In this document: piece after piece, positions 1 through 8,765 of the stretch
How positions within the stretch are numbered: the first letter of the stretch is position 1
Layout: each line of letters opens with the position of its first letter
Assembly (NCBI GenBank): GCA_943373175.1
Contig: CALSBM010000005.1
Location: 9,889-73,888 of the forward strand
Source of the DNA: Chitinophaga pinensis
GTDB taxonomy: Bacteria > Bacteroidota > Bacteroidia > UBA7662 > JAIXUI01
DNA length: 64,000 nucleotides
Direction of reading: 5' to 3'
Translations under genes and position numbers: made by a program
Notes under the pieces: generated by a model
What the model saw: the letters and a program-made list of their open reading frames with translations, nothing else
Databases searched by the model: none
Told to the model about the DNA's origin: nothing

Positions 1-2
1 AG

Positions 3-2507
3 GTCATCAGCCGAAATCCCCGTTCTACTGTTGGTACTTCTACCGAAATCTATGATTATCTCAAATTGCTTTATGCTAGAGTAGGCCAAACGGTTTCTCC
101 AATAAGCGCAGAATTTGTGAGGAAGCATCAGGTAAGCGATGTGGTAGATGCGGCTATGCAATATCCCGGTGAACGGGTTGAAGTTGCAACGCCTTTCATT
201 TCTCATGGAAGGTCACTTCAAGAAGAACTTTCTGTTCTGCTCCAGAAAGGGTACGTACGATTGAAAGTTGGGGACAATCGAAAAAAAATTGAAGATCTTC
301 TTGAAGAAAAAGCTTCTATTGAGCCGGATCAATGCCTCTTGCTTGTTGATAGAATCAAAATTGAGGATAACGATGATAGTCGGCATCGCCTTTCTGATTC
401 TATACAAACCGCATTTTCGGAAGGCCATGGAACCTGCGTATTACTGATTGGCGAAGAACAATTGTCGTTCTCTAATCGGTTTGAGGCTGACGGAATGGCG
501 TTTGTAGAACCAAGCCCCAACTTCTTTAGTTTTTCTACTCCTACCGGCGCATGTAAAACATGCGAAGGCTTTGGTAGCACAATCGGCATTGACGAAGACC
601 TTGTTATTCCAGATAAAAACCTCTCTGTTTATGATGGTGCAGTCGCGCCGTGGAAGGGAGAAAAAATGCAGGAATGGAGCCAAGCACTCATTCGCAATGG
701 ATACAAATTCGATTTTCCTATCCATCGTTCTTATAACGAACTTTCGGAATCCGAAAAAGAACTGATTTGGAATGGTAATTCTTGGTTTGAAGGGCTGCAT
801 CAATTCTTCCGCTTTCTAGAAGAACAGTCTTACAAAATTCAGTACCGGGTGATGCTTTCCCGGTATCGCGGAAGAACAGTTTGTCCCGATTGTAAAGGAA
901 CCCGTTTGCGGAAAGATGCAGGATATGTGAAGTTGATTAATGTTGAAGATGGGTCACAGCTTAGTTTGCAAGAATTGGTTTTGCAGCCGGTAGGAAGCTT
1001 ATTGGAACTACTAAGCAATTGGAAGTTCGATTCTATGCGCGAAGCGATTGCTTCGAGACTAATGGAAGAAATTTTAAGTCGCTTAGGATTCCTGAAAGAT
1101 GTTGGGCTCAGCTACCTCAACTTAAACCGGCTTTCCAACACCTTATCTGGTGGTGAAAGCCAACGCATAAAGCTGGCTACTTCGTTGGGCAGCAATTTAA
1201 GCGGTTCATTATACATTTTAGACGAGCCAAGTATTGGCCTCCATCCTCGGGATAATGACCGTTTAGTTGGGATATTGAAAAACCTGAGAGACAAGGGCAA
1301 TACAGTCATTGTTGTTGAGCATGAAGAAGCTGTCATCAAAGCGGCAGACTACTTAGTAGATATTGGTCCGGAAGCAGGGTCGCATGGAGGCCATCTGGTG
1401 TATGCAGGCGACCTAAAAGGGTTAAAGTCGCATGAGGGTAGTTTAACAGGAGCCTATTTATCGGGAAGAGAACAGATTGAAGTCCCGGCAATACGAAGAA
1501 AGCCGCAGCATTATCTAACTATTACAGGAGCCCGGGAACACAACCTCAAGAACGTTTCTGTTGCGCTTCCTCTCAACATGCTCACGCTAATAACTGGAGT
1601 TAGTGGCTCTGGTAAAACAACTTTGATAAAGCGCATTCTTTATCCAGCTTTAAAAAGAGCCATCTTCGGCACCTCAGAAAAAGCAGGGAGTTTTCATAAA
1701 CTCGAAGGCTGGAATGGGAGAATTGAGGATGTGGAAATGATAGACCAGAACCCCATTGGAAAATCAAGCCGATCAAATCCTGTCACTTATACTAAGGCTT
1801 ACGATTTAATTCGAAACCTATTTTCGGAAGAGCCTCGCGCCAAAGCCACAGGACTTAAGGCGGCGGCTTTTTCTTTTAATGTTGAAGGTGGAAGGTGTGA
1901 AGTGTGCCAAGGTGATGGAACCGTAAGGGTTGAAATGCAATTTCTTGCTGACGTAGAATTGGAATGTGAATCGTGTAAAGGTCAGCGTTTTAAGGATGAA
2001 GTGTTGGAAGTAAAGTGGAGAGGTAAAAACATTACTGAAGTCCTGGATCTTACAATCGAAGAATCCCTTCTTTTTTTCAAAGACCAAAAGAATCTTATTG
2101 CTCGCCTTCAGCCATTAGCAGAAGTTGGACTTGGGTATGTAAAATTAGGCCAAAGCTCTGCCACCTTATCGGGTGGAGAAGCCCAACGCATCAAGCTGGC
2201 TTCCTATCTGACCAAAGGACAAGCTCGTCAAAATATGTTATTCATTTTTGATGAGCCAACCACCGGCCTGCATTTTCACGATATAAGAAAACTTATGAAA
2301 GCATTCAATGCATTGATTGACCAGGGCAATTCTTTAATAGTCATTGAGCACAACCAAGAAGTTATTCAATGTGCCGACTGGGTCATAGATTTAGGGCCGG
2401 AAGGCGGGGATGAGGGCGGCTTTGTTATTTTTGAAGGAACTCCAGAAGAGCTAGTTTTATGTAAGGAGAGTTTTACTGGTAAATACCTGGCGGCTAAGTT
2501 GCAATGA
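3..2507 (+). CDS. uvrA: Excinuclease ABC subunit A paralog (UvrA2-like), 5'-truncated by the window edge
   Basis: The frame is open from nt 3 (VISRNPRSTVGTSTEIYDYLKLL). It has two LSGGE signatures, Walker A GVSGSGKT, LDEPSIGLH/FDEPTTGLH, and Zn-finger pairs CKTC, CPDC, CEVC, CESC. Confidence 0.95.
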   Translation, partial: VISRNPRSTVGTSTEIYDYLKLLYARVGQTVSPISAEFVRKHQVSDVVDAAMQYPGERVEVATPFISHGRSLQEELSVLLQKGYVRLKVGDNRKKIEDLLEEKASIEPDQCLLLVDRIKIEDNDDSRHRLSDSIQTAFSEGHGTCVLLIGEEQLSFSNRFEADGMAFVEPSPNFFSFSTPTGACKTCEGFGSTIGIDEDLVIPDKNLSVYDGAVAPWKGEKMQEWSQALIRNGYKFDFPIHRSYNELSESEKELIWNGNSWFEGLHQFFRFLEEQSYKIQYRVMLSRYRGRTVCPDCKGTRLRKDAGYVKLINVEDGSQLSLQELVLQPVGSLLELLSNWKFDSMREAIASRLMEEILSRLGFLKDVGLSYLNLNRLSNTLSGGESQRIKLATSLGSNLSGSLYILDEPSIGLHPRDNDRLVGILKNLRDKGNTVIVVEHEEAVIKAADYLVDIGPEAGSHGGHLVYAGDLKGLKSHEGSLTGAYLSGREQIEVPAIRRKPQHYLTITGAREHNLKNVSVALPLNMLTLITGVSGSGKTTLIKRILYPALKRAIFGTSEKAGSFHKLEGWNGRIEDVEMIDQNPIGKSSRSNPVTYTKAYDLIRNLFSEEPRAKATGLKAAAFSFNVEGGRCEVCQGDGTVRVEMQFLADVELECESCKGQRFKDEVLEVKWRGKNITEVLDLTIEESLLFFKDQKNLIARLQPLAEVGLGYVKLGQSSATLSGGEAQRIKLASYLTKGQARQNMLFIFDEPTTGLHFHDIRKLMKAFNALIDQGNSLIVIEHNQEVIQCADWVIDLGPEGGDEGGFVIFEGTPEELVLCKESFTGKYLAAKLQ

Positions 2508-3325
2508 AGAAACTTCTCAGATCGTTGTATTATTGGCTTAGTCCCAGACTTAGATTAAAAGCTCGTCAAGTTTTTTATTGGCCATTGGATACGAAGGACC
2601 TCCTTCTTGGAAAACGTACTCCTATGGTTCCTCCACGCGGACTCACTTTTACCGGAGCCGGAGATTTCTTACAAGAAGGACGAAAGTATTCGGAATACTT
2701 TCAAAAGTATGGCTTGATGCCCCATCATCATGTGTTAGATGTGGGATGCGGTTTGGGAAGAATGGCAGTTCCCTTGACCCAGTATCTCAATCAAGAAGGA
2801 GGGTATTTAGGGTTTGATATCATGCCCCAAGCCATTAATTGGTGTAAAAAGGAAATAGAATCCCGTTTTCCAAGATTCCGGTTTTTGCCTTACTCAGGTG
2901 GAAACGACTTATACAACTTAAAAGCTCAGGCAAATCGGCCTTTCCCTACGGAAAGCCAATATTTCGATTTTGCAATTTTAACATCCGTTTTCTCACACTT
3001 ACAACCTGAAGAAACGGCGTTTTTTCTTAAGGAGTTACATCGTACACTTAAGTTAGGTGGAGTTGTATTTGCAACCTTTTTCATTTTTACGGATGAAGTA
3101 CGACCCCCATTCAATCCTGAATTCGCCTTTCCTTTTGATTATGGAGATTATTGTCTTATGGATAAGCGGGTAAAAGGTGCTAATGTAGCTTACAGAAAGA
3201 GTTGGCTTGATAAAGCAATCCAGAATTCTGGATTTTCCGTAGCACACCATTTACCCGGCTTTTGGCTAAAGGGTAAGTCTGAGACTACATTTGAATTTCA
3301 AGATATCCTTATTTTACAGAAATAA
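2504..3325 (+). CDS. Class I SAM-dependent methyltransferase
   Basis: Motif I VLDVGCGLGR, GFDI and FDFAILTSVFSH; ATGA overlap with the uvrA paralog. Confidence 0.88.
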   Translation: MKKLLRSLYYWLSPRLRLKARQVFYWPLDTKDLLLGKRTPMVPPRGLTFTGAGDFLQEGRKYSEYFQKYGLMPHHHVLDVGCGLGRMAVPLTQYLNQEGGYLGFDIMPQAINWCKKEIESRFPRFRFLPYSGGNDLYNLKAQANRPFPTESQYFDFAILTSVFSHLQPEETAFFLKELHRTLKLGGVVFATFFIFTDEVRPPFNPEFAFPFDYGDYCLMDKRVKGANVAYRKSWLDKAIQNSGFSVAHHLPGFWLKGKSETTFEFQDILILQK

Positions 3326-3423
3326 GACACATTAGACAAGTTGTTGACAATATTAAGTTAACGATGCGTAATACTTTAATTGTCAATATTTTGCAAGAAT
3401 TACTAATTAGTTATCTGGCAAAA

Positions 3424-4344
3424 ATGGAGGAGCAAACGAATTGGTTTAATTCACTAAGAGAAAGAGTCGATCATGGTTCAGAGCTGGCCAATTGGATTTC
3501 TGAATGTTTAAACATCAGCCTTGCTAATGCATACAAGAAAATTAATGGGCAGGTAAGGCTCACCTGGGAAGAATATCGAAAACTTGAAAACTCAGGAGTC
3601 TATCAGATTAAAGGTTTTAATCCTTCTGATTATGCGGCTTACGATTCTAAACAGGCAGCCACTCCATTGCAATTAATTGAATTCTGGAATGAACAAATCA
3701 ACAAAATTCTAAAAGCTGGAAGCTCTGTTCTATTCTGTTGTCATGAGCTTCCGGCAGTCTATTTATTCGAAAATCGATTAGCTACGGCTTATTACGTATT
3801 TCAACAATTTAAAATGGAGGAGCCAACCAGTCCTCAAACCTTTGAAACGTTTATACTCCACTTGCCTGACAAATTTTATTTTGCGGCTGCGGAGTTAAAA
3901 TCAAAGTTTCTGATGTTGAGGAGAACCGAGATAATGGATCCCTTTGGATTCCGGTCTTTTCCTCGTGGGCTGTTTCAAATGGAAAAACAGCGGTTTATCA
4001 ACCCCGAGGATAAAGATGCTTTGTTGAAGTTGTTTTCTGAAGCTGTTAGGAGTTGGAGCATGGAAGCAGACATAGACCTTAAACAATGTTCTAGAAAACT
4101 TTCACCAATTCCCTTACTGTACAATTTCATCGTATCGCGTGAAGAGAATAGTAAGGTAATATGGGAACCTTTTGGAATCCAAGGATATAAAATAAAAGTG
4201 GGTAATGCTCTTAAACCTATGTCCACAGTACTTAAAGACATCGAGTTAAGCTGCAGTGATTTAAGTACATGCAGCTTAAGCCGAGCATTTGTGGACAGAA
4301 AGGGCGACGAATACCAGCGGATGCTGGTTAATGAAGATTACTAA
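3424..4344 (+). CDS. Putative transcription regulator with an N-terminal HTH (BetR-like, Bacteroidota type)
   Basis: LANWISECLNISLANAYKKINGQVRLTWEE resembles the HTH pattern L..I...L.IS....Y++I.G...LT..E. ATG 3424 is preferred over 3364. Confidence 0.6.
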   Translation: MEEQTNWFNSLRERVDHGSELANWISECLNISLANAYKKINGQVRLTWEEYRKLENSGVYQIKGFNPSDYAAYDSKQAATPLQLIEFWNEQINKILKAGSSVLFCCHELPAVYLFENRLATAYYVFQQFKMEEPTSPQTFETFILHLPDKFYFAAAELKSKFLMLRRTEIMDPFGFRSFPRGLFQMEKQRFINPEDKDALLKLFSEAVRSWSMEADIDLKQCSRKLSPIPLLYNFIVSREENSKVIWEPFGIQGYKIKVGNALKPMSTVLKDIELSCSDLSTCSLSRAFVDRKGDEYQRMLVNEDY

Positions 4345-4350
4345 TCGGGC

Positions 4351-4506
4351 TTAAGCTGCTTGCGAACGCGAAGCATTCAACCTTGAAAGGATTAGCTCAG
4401 CCGGGATAGAGATACGATACTTCAAACGAAGGTAACGCTGCATAACTGCTACGTTTTTGCGGCTCTTAACCGCTTTGCGGATAACTGATTCAATTAAACA
4501 GTTCAT
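4351..4506 (-). CDS. Small basic hypothetical protein (51 aa; below the ORF-track cutoff)
   Basis: Hand translation: MNCLIESVIRKAVKSRKNVAVMQRYLRLKYRISIPAELILSRLNASRSQAA*. It has an A/C-rich leader and fills the gap after the convergent gene's stop. Confidence 0.7.
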   Translation of the reverse strand: MNCLIESVIRKAVKSRKNVAVMQRYLRLKYRISIPAELILSRLNASRSQAA

Positions 4507-4667
4507 TGGTTTTGGGTGGGGGGTTACAGGTTATTAAAGAAACGATTAAATTTCCACGTAAGTTTAGTGTAAATTTATTTTTAACTCTTAGTAACTAAGC
4601 TGTCACTTTTTGTTTGCTTTCTCATCTTTTACTAATCTAAAAGCAACTCTAAAAACTAAAAAACAAC

Positions 4668-4690
4668 AAAAAAGGGGCAAAAGCCCCCTT
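4668..4690 (-). terminator. Rho-independent terminator of yceI
   Basis: GGGGC-AAAA-GCCCC hairpin followed by a T-run on the minus strand. Confidence 0.75.
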
Positions 4691-4715
4691 GATAATTAGA
4701 TTTTACGCAGAAAAA

Positions 4716-5246
4716 TCATTTTTTAATCAATTGAATTTCAGCTTGAAGTTTTACTTCTTCACTAACTAAAAGACCACCGGTCTCAATTGGCGCATTCCAG
4801 TTTAGGCCCCAGTCCTTGCGGTTAATGTTGCCCGATAAACTAAAGCCTGATTTCACATTTCCCCATGGGTCTTTTCCTTCACCGCTGAACTCTACAGCTA
4901 AGGATACTTCCTTACTATGGCCGTGCAAGTTGAGGGTGCCATTCAACGAGTAACTATCACTACTTTCATTTGCCTTTAATGTTCCTTGAAAAAATAGTTC
5001 TGGATGAGCTGCAACATCGAAAAAGTCCGGACTCTTTAAATGTTCGTCGCGTTGGTTGTTTCCGGTAGTAATGCTTTGAACATCCGCCTTAAAACTAACC
5101 GTTGCTCCATCTAATCCGACTTCACTTTCAGATAAGTTGCCTTCAAAGGTGCCGAATGAGCCGGTAACTGTGCTAATCATCATGTGACGCACTTTAAACT
5201 GAATCTCACTGTGTGCGGGGTCAATGCCCCATTGGGTAGTAGCCAT
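4716..5246 (-). CDS. yceI: YceI family polyisoprenoid-binding protein
   Basis: WGIDPAHSEIQFKVRHMMIS, RDEHLKSPDFFD, DPWGN and INRKDWGLNWN. Confidence 0.95.
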   Translation of the reverse strand: MATTQWGIDPAHSEIQFKVRHMMISTVTGSFGTFEGNLSESEVGLDGATVSFKADVQSITTGNNQRDEHLKSPDFFDVAAHPELFFQGTLKANESSDSYSLNGTLNLHGHSKEVSLAVEFSGEGKDPWGNVKSGFSLSGNINRKDWGLNWNAPIETGGLLVSEEVKLQAEIQLIKK

Positions 5247-5253
5247 GTTCTGT

Positions 5254-5324
5254 TATTTGTTTAAACAAATATATGGCTAAATAGATTGAATATACCAATT
5301 CATGATTGTTTAATTATAAACAAT
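5254..5324 (-). promoter_or_regulatory. yceI promoter (-7 TATATTTG) overlapped by a palindromic operator
   Basis: The perfect 18-bp palindrome TATTTGTTTAAACAAATA (5254-5271) overlaps the TAnnTTTG box (5273-5266). A second IR, ATTGTTTA-N4-TAAACAAT, lies at 5305-5324. Confidence 0.6.
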
Positions 5325-5369
5325 TAATTGGTAATAAGGGATTTAGCAATAACAATAACTATTTCCTTG

Positions 5370-6209
5370 TTAACGGAAGGCCTTCAAACTAAGATCGAAA
5401 TTTCGTACCGTATGAGTAAGAGCTCCCATTGAGATGTAGTTTACTCCCGTGAGCGCGTACTCTCTTAAATTGGTTGCATTGATTCCTCCTGAAGCTTCAG
5501 TCTCGGTTCTACTTCCGATAAAAGCGACAGCTTCTTTTAACTGTTTGGGAGTGAAGTTGTCTAGCAAAATTCTCTTTATATCTGAAGCATAAAGCACTAT
5601 TCTTCTAACTTCATCCATATTTCTGGCTTCCACCACCACTTCTAAGGATTTTCCAGATTGCTTTAAATATTCAATTGTAGCCTCGATCGCTGCTTCTATG
5701 CCACCTGCATAATCGATATGATTGTCTTTAAGCATAATTGCATCAAAAAGACCGAAGCGATGATTTGCACCACCACCAATTCTCACAGCCTCCTTTTCGA
5801 GTGAACGAAGTAATGGAGTAGTTTTTCTTGTATCTAAAAGTTGACATTGAGTGCCTTCCATTAATCCCTTCATGCGGTGGGTGAAGCTTGCAATGCCACT
5901 CATTCGTTGCAAAACGTTGAGGACAAGTCGCTCGGTTTTGAGAATATCGCGGGTAATCCCTTCAATCTCAAAGGCTACATCGCCTACATTAACTGCTGCT
6001 CCATCCTCAAGCAGTGGTGTCCATTGAATTTGGAGATCAGTTCTGGAGTAAAGAGCCTGAGCGAATCGCATTCCGGCAAAAATGCCTGTATCTTTTACTA
6101 GCAATCGTGCTTTTTGTCGGGCATCAAAGGGAATACAAGCTAAACTGCTATGGTCTCCATCGCCTAAGTCTTCGCGAAGCGCCTCCGTTATAAATACTTC
6201 CAACGTCAT
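5370..6209 (-). CDS. nadC: Quinolinate phosphoribosyltransferase (nicotinate-nucleotide pyrophosphorylase)
   Basis: EDLGDGDHSS, QRMSGIA, LLDTRKTTP, NHRFGLFD, KDNH, LLDN, EASGG and ISMGALTH. Confidence 0.97.
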   Translation of the reverse strand: MTLEVFITEALREDLGDGDHSSLACIPFDARQKARLLVKDTGIFAGMRFAQALYSRTDLQIQWTPLLEDGAAVNVGDVAFEIEGITRDILKTERLVLNVLQRMSGIASFTHRMKGLMEGTQCQLLDTRKTTPLLRSLEKEAVRIGGGANHRFGLFDAIMLKDNHIDYAGGIEAAIEATIEYLKQSGKSLEVVVEARNMDEVRRIVLYASDIKRILLDNFTPKQLKEAVAFIGSRTETEASGGINATNLREYALTGVNYISMGALTHTVRNFDLSLKAFR

Positions 6210-6589
6210 TGAATTTCAAACTTAAGTTGTTGTATCAACATTTTCCCTGACTTGTTTTTCAAAAGTAAATAAGTAGCGTATTCTTTATTATCTTCTGTTA
6301 TAAGATGCCCAATGGAGTATGTTAAACCATCTGACGGTACACCTTTATGTACAATCTGAAAAGACTTTGGCCTATTCTTAAGCAAAAAGTTCTTAACAAT
6401 AACTTCGGCTTGTTGCTTTAAATACCAGCCTTCTCGACCGTCGATAATGATTTCGACAGTATTATCGAAATGCGCAGCGAGTTCATTGGTTTTGATATCC
6501 CGGATGTTTCGGGCGATTTGCTCGTAAGAATCCTGAACCTGAAACAAGGCTGGAAAGAGAAGGGTAAAGAGTAGAATAAGAACTTTCAT
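6206..6589 (-). CDS. DUF4783 family exported protein
   Basis: Signal peptide from MKVLILL; LAAHFDNTVEI...Y.KQQAEVIVKNF...P.SF...H.G pattern; coupled to nadC by an ATGA overlap. Confidence 0.8.
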   Translation of the reverse strand: MKVLILLFTLLFPALFQVQDSYEQIARNIRDIKTNELAAHFDNTVEIIIDGREGWYLKQQAEVIVKNFLLKNRPKSFQIVHKGVPSDGLTYSIGHLITEDNKEYATYLLLKNKSGKMLIQQLKFEIQ

Positions 6590-6603
6590 AGGCAGGCTCC
6601 AAA

Positions 6604-6624
6604 CTGGCACAGTAAACGTGCCAG
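6604..6624. promoter_or_regulatory. Inverted repeat CTGGCAC-N7-GTGCCAG (sigma54 -24-like element or operator)
   Basis: Perfect 7-bp arms between the divergent DUF4783 and gpmI genes; TGGCAC is the sigma54 -24 consensus. Confidence 0.45.
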
Positions 6625-6693
6625 AACCAACAGCGAAAATAAGATAATCATCTTTTCCTTGACGGATATAGGAAATGTAAATTTGCACTAATC

Positions 6694-8217
6694 ATGACCA
6701 CAACTCCATCACCAGTTTTGTTAATTATTATTGACGGCTGGGGGCTTGGCAATGGCAGCCATTCTGACGCTATAGCCCACGCCCAGACTCCATATTATCA
6801 ACACCTCAAGCAGAAATACCCTATGTCGAAGCTGTTGACTTGTGGAGAAGATGTTGGCCTTCCGGAAGGCCAAATGGGCAATTCTGAGGTTGGACACTTG
6901 AATATTGGAGCAGGAAGAGTGGTTTACCAGGAATTAGCACGCATTAACCGCGCTATTCGCTTGAGTGAAATGCAAGCGAATCCTGTTTTAAAGCACGCCT
7001 TTGAACAAGCATCTGAAAAGCAATGCGCTGTTCATTTTTTAGGGCTTGTCTCTGACGGTGGCGTGCATGCTCATCTGAATCATCTTAAAGCACTAATTGC
7101 TATGGCAGAAGGATATTCCCTTGACCGCTGCTTTGTGCATGCCTTTACTGATGGCAGAGATTGTGACCCGAAAAGTGGCAAAGGATTCATCACAGAACTA
7201 GAGCAATATCTAACACATAAAAAAACTGCTTTAGCAACTGTTATTGGTCGTTACTATTCCATGGATCGCGATAAACGATGGGAGCGCGTAAAGCAGGCAT
7301 ACGACCTTCTGGTTCATGGTACAGGTACTGAAACAGCCGACTTTGTTGCTGAAATCGAAAAGAGCTATAACGCGGGAATTACCGATGAGTTTCTACTTCC
7401 GATGAAGCGTTCCGGAATGGACGCGCGCATTCAGGATGGCGATTTAGTGCTCTTTTTTAACTTTCGAACAGATCGTGGCCGTGAGTTAACACAAGCGTTA
7501 AGTCAAACCGACTTTCCTGACTTCAATATGAAAAAGCTTGATTTAAATTATGTAACCATGACACGGTATGACGCCAGCTTTAAGCATGTTGAAGTAGTTT
7601 TTGAAAATGATGATTTAAGAGAAACCCTAGGGGAAGTGCTTGATAAAGCTGGAAAAAAACAAATTCGAATCGCGGAAACTGAAAAGTACCCTCATGTAAC
7701 TTTTTTCTTTTCTGGTGGAAGAGAAACTCCATTTGAAGATGAAAGACGGATTATGATTCCATCTCCCAAGGTGGCAACATACGATTTGAAACCAGAAATG
7801 AGCGCAATCGAACTCACTGAACATCTTCTTCCAGAGCTTGAGGGCAAAACTGCCGACTTTATTTGCCTCAATTTTGCCAACGCCGATATGGTCGGGCACA
7901 CAGGTGTTTATACTGCAATTGTAAAAGCTGTTGAAACAGTGGACACATGCGTTCAAAAACTATGTGAAGCTGCATTAAAACAAGGATATACGGTTTTGGT
8001 GACTGCAGATCACGGCAATGCCGACTATGCGGAAAATCCTGATGGAAGTCCCAATACCGCCCATTCCCTTAATCCAGTACCGTTTATTGTTTGTGGCTTA
8101 CCCGATGGAGCAAAGCTGAAAGATGGCCGCTTAGCCGACATTGCTCCTACGATTTTGGAAATAATGGGCATTAAAGCGCCTCAAGCTATGGACGGTCAAT
8201 CGCTTCTTGTTTCGTGA
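6694..8217 (+). CDS. gpmI: 2,3-bisphosphoglycerate-independent phosphoglycerate mutase
   Basis: IIDGWG, GQMGNSEVGH, SDGGVH, DGRD, NFRTDR, AETEKYPHVT, DMVGHTG and TADHGN; -7 box TAAATTTG at 6678-6685. Confidence 0.98.
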   Translation: MTTTPSPVLLIIIDGWGLGNGSHSDAIAHAQTPYYQHLKQKYPMSKLLTCGEDVGLPEGQMGNSEVGHLNIGAGRVVYQELARINRAIRLSEMQANPVLKHAFEQASEKQCAVHFLGLVSDGGVHAHLNHLKALIAMAEGYSLDRCFVHAFTDGRDCDPKSGKGFITELEQYLTHKKTALATVIGRYYSMDRDKRWERVKQAYDLLVHGTGTETADFVAEIEKSYNAGITDEFLLPMKRSGMDARIQDGDLVLFFNFRTDRGRELTQALSQTDFPDFNMKKLDLNYVTMTRYDASFKHVEVVFENDDLRETLGEVLDKAGKKQIRIAETEKYPHVTFFFSGGRETPFEDERRIMIPSPKVATYDLKPEMSAIELTEHLLPELEGKTADFICLNFANADMVGHTGVYTAIVKAVETVDTCVQKLCEAALKQGYTVLVTADHGNADYAENPDGSPNTAHSLNPVPFIVCGLPDGAKLKDGRLADIAPTILEIMGIKAPQAMDGQSLLVS

Positions 8218-8765
8218 GAAGGTGGCCGTTGATAATTTTAGGCAGTTTTTTACTGTTCGCTTGTGGCAAATCCCGGGTTACCCCAATTGCAGGCCAATAT
8301 CCTTACTTTAAACTTAACGTATGGCTTTCGCAGGAATCTAAGCGCCTCCAATTGGAAGGAAGTGCTGTTGAGCGCCATCTTCAAACGGATGGTGAGCAAG
8401 GCGTTGCCGCGACTGACAGTCTGAACTGGGAAGATTGGTTTAAGCCTTTGGCTGAATGCGATTTGTCGAAACCTGCTTTTCATGGGTTTTACCAGGTTGA
8501 TACCCTTTTGTTTGGCGACACAATGAATGTTCAATATTCTGCACTTAAACCTGATGCCTTAGTCAGGCAGTTGAGTATATCCTTCATTAGGGGAAATCCT
8601 GTCGGTATTGATGCAACAAAAGAGGTAGAAAATCTGCTTTACTCTTCCCGTTCCGAAATCCGCTATCGGAAAGATTCGCTTTACCAGGTTAGTCACTGGC
8701 AGCGAACACGCTTCTTTGATGACCACTATTTCCGGGCGCAATACCACGTAGGAAGAAAACCATGA
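8214..8765 (+). CDS. Hypothetical lipoprotein
   Basis: Lipobox LLFAC after a hydrophobic stretch; overlaps both neighbours by 4 nt. Confidence 0.7.
   Translation: MRRWPLIILGSFLLFACGKSRVTPIAGQYPYFKLNVWLSQESKRLQLEGSAVERHLQTDGEQGVAATDSLNWEDWFKPLAECDLSKPAFHGFYQVDTLLFGDTMNVQYSALKPDALVRQLSISFIRGNPVGIDATKEVENLLYSSRSEIRYRKDSLYQVSHWQRTRFFDDHYFRAQYHVGRKP

Noticed and set aside
4389-4460. tRNA-like 5' segment GGATTAGCTCAGCCGGGATAGAG
   Set aside because: No anticodon stem, GGTTCRA T-loop or acceptor pairing follows, and it lies antisense within the 51-aa ORF.
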